Shown here piece after piece: positions 1-6,878 of a DNA stretch of 14,452 bases. Under the pieces are notes generated by a model. It was not told where the DNA came from. It made no database searches and saw nothing but the letters and a program-made list of their open reading frames with translations. Position numbers and translations under genes: made by a program. Location: positions 1 to 14,452 of the forward strand of contig JAYNIA010000060.1 in the NCBI GenBank assembly GCA_038108555.1, in the 5' to 3' direction. Every line of letters begins with the position of its first letter. The stretch's first letter is position 1. The stretch is from Nitrospinota bacterium. GTDB lineage: Bacteria > Nitrospinota > Nitrospinia > Nitrospinales > VA-1.

Positions 1-207
1 GGTATTGGATTTGATTCCCAGCACAGCAACAATATTTTCCAGCCCTTTGTGCGATTGAATGGGAGAAACCAATATGAGGGAACCGGAATTGGTTTGGCAA
101 TCTGCAAAAAAATTGTGGATCGCCATCAGGGCAAAATAATTCCCAGCAGTAAGAAAAATGACGGCTCCGTCTTCCAGGTGACTCTTCCGATCAAACAGGT
201 TTCCTGA
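1..207 (+). CDS. Sensor histidine kinase, C-terminal HATPase_c domain (5'-truncated by window edge)
   Basis: Frame 1 reads GIGFDSQHSNNIFQPFVRLNGRNQYEGTGIGLAICKKIVDRHQGKI...GSVFQVTLP then TGA at 205-207. This contains the G1 (GIG), F (IFQPF) and G2 (GTGIGLAIC) boxes. Absent from the ORF track because its start lies outside the window. Confidence 0.93.
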   Translation, partial: GIGFDSQHSNNIFQPFVRLNGRNQYEGTGIGLAICKKIVDRHQGKIIPSSKKNDGSVFQVTLPIKQVS

Positions 208-251
208 TTTTTTTTCTCTCCTTAATTTAGTTGCAATCCTTGAGGCCTCTC

Positions 252-1124
252 ATGGCAGAAAATCAAAAAAAGAATAATCTGTTCTGTTTTGGTTTCGGCT
301 TTACTGCAAAAGCATTGGCTCAGAGATTGCCCAATGCGGAATGGGAAGTTTCAGGCACCAGCCGGGAAAGAAATGATAAAGATTCTGAAGTTGGGGTGCT
401 GCCTTTTGATGGCACGGGCCCTTCCAAAGAGATCGGTCAAGCCCTTTCCAGGGCCACCCATTTGTTAATCACCATTCCCCCTCAGGTGGAAGGGGAGGTG
501 GTGTTAAAACATTTTGGTCCGAAAATTGCCGAAAATAATAAATTCAAATGGATTGGATACATATCTTCCACAGGGGTTTATGGAGACACTCAGGGCGAAT
601 GGGTGGATGAATCTTCTCCATTGCAGCCACAATCCGAACTTAATAAGCGACGCGTGGAGGCCGAAAAGGCCTGGATCCACTTTGCGGAAAAGCATGGCCT
701 CCCGGTAATGATTTTTCGGTGTGTGGCAATCTACGGTCCCAACAGAAACCTGCTGGTTTCTGTGAAGCAGGGGCGGGCAAGGCGTATTAAAAAACCGGGA
801 CTGGTTTTTTCCCGAATCCATGTGGAAGATTTAGCACAAACTCTTGACGCATCTATTCGAAATCCAAAATCCGGAGAGATCTATAATGTAAGCGATGATG
901 AGCCATCTCCGCCCTGGGAGACGGTCGAATATGCCTGTAGTCTCTTGAACGTTGAACCTCCACCATTAATTCCTTTTGAATCGGCAGAGTTATCAGAGTT
1001 GGCGCGCGGTTTTTATAAAACCTGCAAACGTGTGGGTAATAAAAAAATAAAGGAAGAATTGGGAGTCAAACTCAAATATCCCAATTATAAAATTGGATTG
1101 GACGCAATATTTGAAAAGTTATAG
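252..1124 (+). CDS. Atypical SDR / NAD(P)-dependent epimerase-dehydratase family protein (YeeZ-like)
   Basis: Rossmann motif FGFGFTA, SSTGVYG-D-x-x-G-E-WVDE, R-x-x-x-IYGP, SRIHVEDL, YNVSDD. ATG at 252 follows GAGG (242-245) and is preferred over the TTG at 231. Confidence 0.88.
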   Translation: MAENQKKNNLFCFGFGFTAKALAQRLPNAEWEVSGTSRERNDKDSEVGVLPFDGTGPSKEIGQALSRATHLLITIPPQVEGEVVLKHFGPKIAENNKFKWIGYISSTGVYGDTQGEWVDESSPLQPQSELNKRRVEAEKAWIHFAEKHGLPVMIFRCVAIYGPNRNLLVSVKQGRARRIKKPGLVFSRIHVEDLAQTLDASIRNPKSGEIYNVSDDEPSPPWETVEYACSLLNVEPPPLIPFESAELSELARGFYKTCKRVGNKKIKEELGVKLKYPNYKIGLDAIFEKL

Positions 1125-1138
1125 GTCCATCCATTAGT

Positions 1139-1888
1139 TCAAAGTCCAGTGGGGTAATGCAGAAACTCATTGTCGATATCAAATTTTTCTTTTAAGTGCT
1201 TGCCAATAGATTTTACCCCACCGGTTTCTGTGCCGTAATGGCCGGCAAAAATGAGAATGCAGTTTCCTTCAATTGCTTCGTGGAAATGGTGATTGGCACC
1301 TTCGCCCGTGATGTAGCAATCGAGCCCCTCTTTAATCGCTTGTCTGACGATGTCTGCTGCACCGCCCGTAACCAACCCCACGGTTTTAATTTCTCCCTGA
1401 CCGATTACTTTAACTTGTGAATCAAGTTTCTGTCCCAGCAATTTTCCCAGGTCTTCCGCAGATGTGGGAGTGATGGAACCTTTGAACCCAATTTTGATCC
1501 CATCATATTCGCCAAAAGGTTCCAGGTTTTCCAGTCCGATCAGATCCACCAGGGCTCGGTTATTTCCATGTACAGGATGAAGGTCGAGGGGTATATGAGC
1601 GGAATACAGTCCCAAGTTGGCTTTTATCATGGAGGATAGCTTTTCGTAATGCTGACCGCGTATGGGTTGCAGGCCCGACCAAAATGCACCATGATGAACA
1701 AACATCATTTGGCATTGTTTTTCGATAGCGAGATCAATCGTGGCCTGGCATAAATCGACGGCCAGTCCGATTTTTTTTATGTCTCCACGGTTTTGAACTT
1801 GTAATCCATTCAATGCATTCGGTGCATCGCGAATGGAATTAATTTCCAGAAGGTTGTCGAGATAGTGGCTGAGTTGTAGAATGTCCAT
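1139..1888 (-). CDS. ybgI: Nif3-like dinuclear metal-centre protein (DUF34/YbgI family)
   Basis: NGLQV, AVD, FVHHG, YSAHIPLDLHP..GNN, YITGE, AGHYGTE and C-terminal PTGL are characteristic of DUF34. ATG at 1888 chosen; TTG at 1894 is the alternative. Confidence 0.93.
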   Translation of the reverse strand: MDILQLSHYLDNLLEINSIRDAPNALNGLQVQNRGDIKKIGLAVDLCQATIDLAIEKQCQMMFVHHGAFWSGLQPIRGQHYEKLSSMIKANLGLYSAHIPLDLHPVHGNNRALVDLIGLENLEPFGEYDGIKIGFKGSITPTSAEDLGKLLGQKLDSQVKVIGQGEIKTVGLVTGGAADIVRQAIKEGLDCYITGEGANHHFHEAIEGNCILIFAGHYGTETGGVKSIGKHLKEKFDIDNEFLHYPTGL

Positions 1889-1892
1889 GTTC

Positions 1893-1925
1893 AAAAGTAT
1901 AACTTTTTACAGACGGCAGAGGCAA
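1893..1925. promoter_or_regulatory. Candidate bidirectional sigma70-type promoter between divergent nif3 and oppB
   Basis: Minus strand: TTGCCT (1925-1920), 18 nt, TATACT (1901-1896). Plus strand: TAACTT (1900-1905). Both sit in the dyad AAAAGT-ATA-ACTTTT (1893-1907). Only 39 bp lie between the two start codons. Confidence 0.45.
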
Positions 1926-1927
1926 TA

Positions 1928-2887
1928 GTGGTCAATTTTATTTTGCGCAATATAGGGCAGAGAATCATTCTGCTTGTATTAATTTCTATCATTTCCCATG
2001 CGATAGTTCATCTGGCTCCGGGAGAACCTGCGCTGGTTGACCCGTCCAATCCTCGCATGAAACCCGAAGACATCGCTCGTATTCGGGCTGCCTTTCATTT
2101 GGATGAGCCAATGCATACCCAATATATTTATTGGGTGAGAGATCTATTTACCGGCGAGTTGAAATCTTTTAAAGACAATCAGCCTGTGTTGGGGAAAATT
2201 TGGGAAAGGTTTCTCAACTCCCTTCCCTTATTTTTAATTGCAACTTTAATAACCTGGTGTTTGGCATTTCCTATAGGAATAAGTGCGGCCATAAACCGGG
2301 ACTCGACTTTCGACCGGTCGACTACTTTTATTTCTTTTGCCCTGATTTCCATTCCAGGATTTTTCCTTTCCTATTTGGTTATTATTTTTATGGTGGATAC
2401 GTTTAACGTTCCGGTTCTTGGAAGGCAGACTTTTGGATTAGAGGGAGCCTCGTTTTTATTTCAGTCGATGGACCGAATATGGCATTTAACTATCCCGTCA
2501 TTGATGTTGGCCATAGGGTCAACGGCTGTTCTTTCACGATATGTCCGATCCCAAATGCTGGAAGTGGTTCATCAGGACTATATGAGGACGGCCCGGGCAA
2601 AGGGACTTCCCGAAGATCAGGTTATATACAAGCATGGATTACGGAACGCATTATTGCCTTTTATAACCATGTTTGGTTTGACCATTCCGGGGCTCATCGG
2701 AGGGTCGGTTATTATTGAGCAGATATTTTCCTGGCCGGGAGTGGGAAGGCTCGGGTTCGAAGCCATATTGGCGAGAGACTTCCCCGTCATACTGACTTTG
2801 AATTTTATTGCCGCAGTGCTGGTTCTTTTGGGCACGCTAATATCTGACATTCTTTACGCCGTGGTTGATCCACGAATTAAATTTTAA
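1928..2887 (+). CDS. oppB: Peptide/nickel ABC transporter permease, OppB/DppB/AppB type
   Basis: N-terminal LAPGEP...LDEP..QY..W, multiple TM segments, EAA-loop region DYMRTARAKGL...HGLRNALLP, IEQIFSWPGVG, RDFP, DILYAVVDPRI. GTG start after GAGG. Confidence 0.92.
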   Translation: MVNFILRNIGQRIILLVLISIISHAIVHLAPGEPALVDPSNPRMKPEDIARIRAAFHLDEPMHTQYIYWVRDLFTGELKSFKDNQPVLGKIWERFLNSLPLFLIATLITWCLAFPIGISAAINRDSTFDRSTTFISFALISIPGFFLSYLVIIFMVDTFNVPVLGRQTFGLEGASFLFQSMDRIWHLTIPSLMLAIGSTAVLSRYVRSQMLEVVHQDYMRTARAKGLPEDQVIYKHGLRNALLPFITMFGLTIPGLIGGSVIIEQIFSWPGVGRLGFEAILARDFPVILTLNFIAAVLVLLGTLISDILYAVVDPRIKF

Positions 2888-2897
2888 GGATGAGACA

Positions 2898-3869
2898 GTG
2901 AGCAATCTGGAAACAAATTTAGAAGCCGATGCGCTTCCTCCTTCCAAGGGCATTTTTCAAGAGCGCTGGAGTATTCTCAAGCGGAACCGAATGGCTTATG
3001 CCAGCTATTGGTTTCTTATGCTTCTGTTGGCTCTTGCTTTTTTGGGAAAAATATTAACAAACTATATTGTTGTTTTTGATCCCAAAACGGTGCGACTCTC
3101 AGAAAAATTTTTGCCACCCTTGACTCCTTTCACAAGCACCATTACCCCTAAAGAAGATGCGCCCACCTTTGGGATTTATTTTTTTGGAACCGATGAGTTG
3201 GGACGCGATGTCTTCGCGAGAATGCTGGAGGGAACGTCTGTTTCCCTGAGCGTTGGGTTTGTCGCCGTAGGAATTATGTTGACGGTAGGAATTTTTTTAG
3301 GAGGTATCGCCGGTTATTATGGCAGGAAGAAGCTGTGGTTTTTAACGGTGGATACACTCATCATGCGGTTTGTTGACATTATGTTGTGTTTTCCCACTTT
3401 CTTTTTAATTCTTACTGTCGTGGCCTTATTGCCTCCGAGCATTTACAACATCATGATCGTGATTGGATTAACGAGCTGGATGGGAACCGCTCGTTTTGTT
3501 CGGGCCGAGTTTTTATCGCTTCGCGATCAGGATTTTGTTGCAGCGGCCCGCAGTCAGGCCATCCCGGAGTGGCGAATCATTTTTGTTCATATGGTTCCCA
3601 ATGCAATTGCCCCGGTGTTGGTTTCAGCAACGCTCGGTGTGGCCTCTGCAATACTTACGGAGTCGGCTTTGAGTTTTTTAGGGTTTGGGGTCCAACCTCC
3701 TGATGCGACCTGGGGAAACATACTTTCTGATGGAAAAAACTTTTTGTTTGATGCCCCCTGGCTCACTTTTATTCCGGGTATAACAATTCTTATGGTTGTG
3801 CTTGCGTTTAATCTTTGTGGAGAAGGTTTGCGCGAAGCCTTCAATCCGAAACTAAAACAAACAACTTAA
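2898..3869 (+). CDS. oppC: Peptide/nickel ABC transporter permease, OppC/DppC/AppC type
   Basis: FGTDELGRDVFAR, GGIAGYYG, MRFVDIML.FP, ARFVRAEFLSLR.QDFVAAA, ESALSFLGFG..PP..TWG, FNLCGEGLREAFNPK. GTG at 2898 lies 7 nt after AAGGA and is preferred over the TTG at 2865. Confidence 0.92.
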   Translation: MSNLETNLEADALPPSKGIFQERWSILKRNRMAYASYWFLMLLLALAFLGKILTNYIVVFDPKTVRLSEKFLPPLTPFTSTITPKEDAPTFGIYFFGTDELGRDVFARMLEGTSVSLSVGFVAVGIMLTVGIFLGGIAGYYGRKKLWFLTVDTLIMRFVDIMLCFPTFFLILTVVALLPPSIYNIMIVIGLTSWMGTARFVRAEFLSLRDQDFVAAARSQAIPEWRIIFVHMVPNAIAPVLVSATLGVASAILTESALSFLGFGVQPPDATWGNILSDGKNFLFDAPWLTFIPGITILMVVLAFNLCGEGLREAFNPKLKQTT

Positions 3870-3902
3870 CTCCCTCAAAATTTCGTCCTATTTTCCCAGA
3901 GG

Positions 3903-4005
3903 AACCCTGTGATATTAGTATTGGAAGAAATATGCATCTGGAAGCTTTTTTGAGATAGATTGCGAAATAACGTAGTGACCTATTTGTTCAGGGAAACCCT
4001 GTGAT
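3903..4005 (+). repeat. 11-bp exact direct repeat AACCCTGTGAT (3903-3913 and 3995-4005), each copy containing a GTG preceded by a purine-rich SD-like sequence
   Basis: Read directly from the sequence. Period is 92 bp, with imperfect similarity on both flanks. Confidence 0.6.
3909..3953 (+). CDS. Putative 14-aa leader peptide (MILVLEEICIWKLF) upstream of the ABC-F gene
   Basis: AGAGGA (3898-3903), 5 nt, GTG at 3909, open to TGA at 3951-3953. Its start context duplicates that of the ABC-F gene. Confidence 0.3.
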   Translation: MILVLEEICIWKLF

Positions 4006-5971
4006 TTTTGTTGAAAAGATAAATAAACAGTTTGGCCCGAAAATTATTTTTCGGGATGTGAGTTTTCATTTGCGCCCTAGAGAAAAGGTGGGTCTGGTCG
4101 GTGAAAATGGGACCGGTAAAACCACGTTATTTAAGATAATCACTGGCAAGGAGTCATTGGATGCCGGGCGGGTGACTTTGCGAAAGGGTTTGCGTTACGG
4201 TTTGCTTGAGCAGCATCAGGAAGGAGGGGAGGAAACCGCTCTTGAAAGAGTGGTGATGGGAGATTCTTATTTCCAGCAGGTTAAAAACGAAATGGAGAAG
4301 CTGGAAGCCGATCAAAACTTCCAGGATCGTTACGGTGAGTTGCAGCATGAGTTTGAGCGCCTGGGGGGATATGACCGTGAGGCGCGGGCTAAAATTATAA
4401 TGCAGGGACTGGGCTTTAAGCCCAGCCAATGGGAGAGTTCATTGAATCAGCTTTCCGGCGGTTGGCGTATGCGCGTGGAGTTGTCGCGCATTTTGCTGCA
4501 GAACCCTGATGTGTTGCTACTCGATGAACCTTCAAACCACCTCGATCTGCAATCGGTGATTTGGTTGGAATCTTTTTTAAAATCGTTTGAAGGCAGTGTT
4601 TTATTGATTTCGCATGACAGGAAATTTTTGAATACCCTGGCTACCCGAATTTTTGAGTTGGAACGTTCCAGATTGACGATCTATGCCGGAAACTATGATG
4701 ACTATGAAAAACAAAAAGAGGCACAGCGAGTTCAACTTGAATCTCAGGCGGCCAACCAGAATCGCCGAATAGCGGAGGTAGAACGATTTATTGAAAGGTT
4801 TCGGGCAAAAAACACTAAAGCCACACAGGTGCAAAGCAGGATAAAAATGCTGGATAAAATGGATCGGATACAAACTCCTGAAAGTAGTAAGGCGATCCAT
4901 TTCCGGTTTCCCCAGCCTGTCAGAACAGGAAGAAATGTTCTTGAGATAGACAATGTGACCAAATGTTATGGAGAATTAAAAGTTTATGAAAAATTTTCCA
5001 TCACTTTGGAAAGAGGATGGAAAGTGGCTTTAGCCGGTGAAAATGGAGCGGGGAAGTCCACCCTTCTTAAAATGATGGCAGGGGTGCTTCAGCCGGATGG
5101 TGGCGAGGTCAAGATGGGGGTTAAAGTGTCCCGTTCTTATTTTGCACAGCATCAGGGGGAAACCCTGAATGAGAACCATACCGTTTTAGAATCCTTACAA
5201 GAGTCCGCCCCCGGTCTTTTACGGACCCAACAAAGAAACATTCTTGGAGCCTTTTTATTTTCCGGCGAGGAGGTTGACAAAAAAGTTTCGGTGTTGTCGG
5301 GAGGTGAAAAGTCCCGTCTGGCTTTGGCGCGAATGCTTTGTGGCGATTCGCAATCCGATAATAAGATTTCCGGGGACTCTGGAGTTTCTCCTCCACCTTC
5401 ATTTATTTTACTGGATGAACCTACAAACCATCTCGACATTCGTTCGCGTGAACACCTTGCTGCCGTTTTATCGGATTATGAGGGCAGTTTGATTATCATC
5501 TCACATGACCGTTATTTTCTTGATGGATTCGTCAATAAAGTCTGGGAAGTTTCGAACGGGCAAGTCCGTGAATACGATGGAAACTATAGTGAGTATGAAG
5601 AAGCTAAATTAAAAGAAGAAGCTTTTGAGGAAAAAGGAAAATCCGTAGCAGGAGAAAAAAGTGCTCCCGGCAGTTCTGCTTTAGATAAGGACAGAAAGAG
5701 GAAAGAAGCGGAAGAAAGAAATTTGCGTTACAAGAAATTAAAACCGTTGGAGACCAGACTGGTGGAAGTGGAAAACCGGTTGGAGGTTTTGATGGAAGAG
5801 AATCAAAAGATTCAGTCTGAGCTTGCAGATGCGGGTATTTATGAAGCAGACCAGAAAGACCGTTTGATGAAAACCATGGAACAGCAACGAAACCTTAAAG
5901 AGGAAGAGCAAAGTTTAATGGAAGAATGGGATGAGCTCACCGCTTCCATTGAACAGGTCCAAAAGACTTAG
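4001..5971 (+). CDS. ABC-F family ribosome-associated ATPase (YheS/YdiF/Uup-like) with C-terminal coiled-coil domain
   Basis: Two NBDs: GENGTGKTT/LSGGWRMR/LLLDEPSNHLD/ISHDR and GENGAGKST/LSGGEKSR/ILLDEPTNHLD/ISHDR. Inter-domain linker GNY..Y...FIERFRAKNTKATQVQSRIKML. No TM segments. Coiled-coil tail ending EEWDEL. Confidence 0.95.
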   Translation: MIFVEKINKQFGPKIIFRDVSFHLRPREKVGLVGENGTGKTTLFKIITGKESLDAGRVTLRKGLRYGLLEQHQEGGEETALERVVMGDSYFQQVKNEMEKLEADQNFQDRYGELQHEFERLGGYDREARAKIIMQGLGFKPSQWESSLNQLSGGWRMRVELSRILLQNPDVLLLDEPSNHLDLQSVIWLESFLKSFEGSVLLISHDRKFLNTLATRIFELERSRLTIYAGNYDDYEKQKEAQRVQLESQAANQNRRIAEVERFIERFRAKNTKATQVQSRIKMLDKMDRIQTPESSKAIHFRFPQPVRTGRNVLEIDNVTKCYGELKVYEKFSITLERGWKVALAGENGAGKSTLLKMMAGVLQPDGGEVKMGVKVSRSYFAQHQGETLNENHTVLESLQESAPGLLRTQQRNILGAFLFSGEEVDKKVSVLSGGEKSRLALARMLCGDSQSDNKISGDSGVSPPPSFILLDEPTNHLDIRSREHLAAVLSDYEGSLIIISHDRYFLDGFVNKVWEVSNGQVREYDGNYSEYEEAKLKEEAFEEKGKSVAGEKSAPGSSALDKDRKRKEAEERNLRYKKLKPLETRLVEVENRLEVLMEENQKIQSELADAGIYEADQKDRLMKTMEQQRNLKEEEQSLMEEWDELTASIEQVQKT

Positions 5972-6186
5972 TCTTCAGGTAAATAAAAAGGCCCTTTTGA
6001 TTTTAGCCACTGAAGTTCCTTATCGCTTTTACAAAGTGAAAAAAGCTTTTTATTTAACTCTGAAATTTCTTTTTGGCATTGAATCAATTCGTTCAGTGTG
6101 CTTTTTAAAGTTTTTTGCGATGAGCGAACGGTATCTTCCCCGTTCTCTTTCAAAATGTCCGGTTGGCAGGTTTTGGGATATTCCAT
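5968..6186 (-). CDS. Small hypothetical protein (72 aa), predicted coiled coil
   Basis: Strong SD GGGGAG about 7 nt before ATG. Fills an otherwise empty intergenic gap, its TAA overlaps the ABC-F TAG, and it shows a heptad pattern in LKSTLNELIQCQKEISELNKKL. Confidence 0.6.
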   Translation of the reverse strand: MEYPKTCQPDILKENGEDTVRSSQKTLKSTLNELIQCQKEISELNKKLFSLCKSDKELQWLKSKGPFYLPED

Positions 6187-6233
6187 TTAGATTCTCCCCA
6201 AATTTTTTAATGCATTTAATTTTTAATAGGCTT

Positions 6234-6263
6234 AGAGTAGCATAAAAAAAAACATACTGTAAA
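6234..6263 (-). promoter_or_regulatory. Candidate sigma70 promoter for the 72-aa gene
   Basis: Minus strand TTTACA (6263-6258), 18 nt containing a T9 tract, then extended -10 TG-C-TACTCT (-10 at 6239-6234). Confidence 0.4.
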
Positions 6264-6331
6264 TGTTTTTGTTTTATGGTTAAGCGTTTGTTTTATTGTG
6301 TTTAAGGCGATTTTAATTTGGTGGAATTAAT

Positions 6332-6871
6332 ATGGAATGGACTTTTTTTCTTCTCGGCGGGTTGGTTGTTTTGGCGGGAATGGTGGTTTTGCCCATTTTT
6401 GCTGGGGCACCCTGGCATCCACTCTTGCCGGGAACGATCCGCCGGATTTTGAAATTTTCAGAAATCAAACCCGGTGAAACTATTTGCGATTTAGGTTGTG
6501 GCGATGGACGGGTTTTAATCACCGCTGCTAAAGATTATTCGGCGAAAGGAGTGGGAGTTGAAATTGATCCGATTAAAGTCGGTCTGGGAAGGTTGCTTTC
6601 AAAATTGAAAGGGGTCGAAGATCGGGTAAATATTGTTCGCGGAAATATTTTTGAGTTTGACCCCGGGGATGCAGATGTGCTGTATCTTTATCTTACCCAT
6701 CAGGCGATGGATAAACTTTTTCCCGAGCTTTTAAAAAAACTAAAACCCACGGTGCGAATTGTTTGCTACCGGTTTTGTATTCGGGGGATGATTCCTGAAA
6801 AAGTCAGTGCGGATAAAACTCTTTTCCTCTACCAACTTACCAAGGGTAGTGAGATAAATAGTTTTATATAA
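6332..6871 (+). CDS. Class I SAM-dependent methyltransferase with N-terminal TM anchor (FAM173/aKMT-like putative protein-lysine methyltransferase)
   Basis: Hydrophobic residues ~3-25, then GAPWHP, motif I DLGCGDGR, GVEIDP (post-I), GNIF, ADVLYLYL, LKPTVRIVCYRF. Confidence 0.85.
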   Translation: MEWTFFLLGGLVVLAGMVVLPIFAGAPWHPLLPGTIRRILKFSEIKPGETICDLGCGDGRVLITAAKDYSAKGVGVEIDPIKVGLGRLLSKLKGVEDRVNIVRGNIFEFDPGDADVLYLYLTHQAMDKLFPELLKKLKPTVRIVCYRFCIRGMIPEKVSADKTLFLYQLTKGSEINSFI

Positions 6872-6878
6872 GAGTCAG

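Noticed and set aside
1..207. Histidine kinase as cognate partner of the RomR-like receiver
   Set aside because: It is 9 kb away with unrelated genes between, and nothing in the sequence links them.
5152..5168. TCAGGG-GGAAA-CCCTGA hairpin resembling the ABC-F start hairpin
   Set aside because: Lies inside coding sequence (QGETL) and is short enough to be chance.
4001..5971. ABC protein as the ATPase of the Opp permeases, or as an antibiotic-resistance ABC-F
   Set aside because: It has the ABC-F tandem-NBD layout with no OppD/F C-terminal motif. The linker (FIERFRAK.TKA.Q.QSRIK) looks like housekeeping YheS/YdiF types.
5931..6245. 104-aa plus-strand ORF
   Set aside because: Overlaps the ABC-F end and is antisense to the better supported 72-aa gene. 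No recognisable features.
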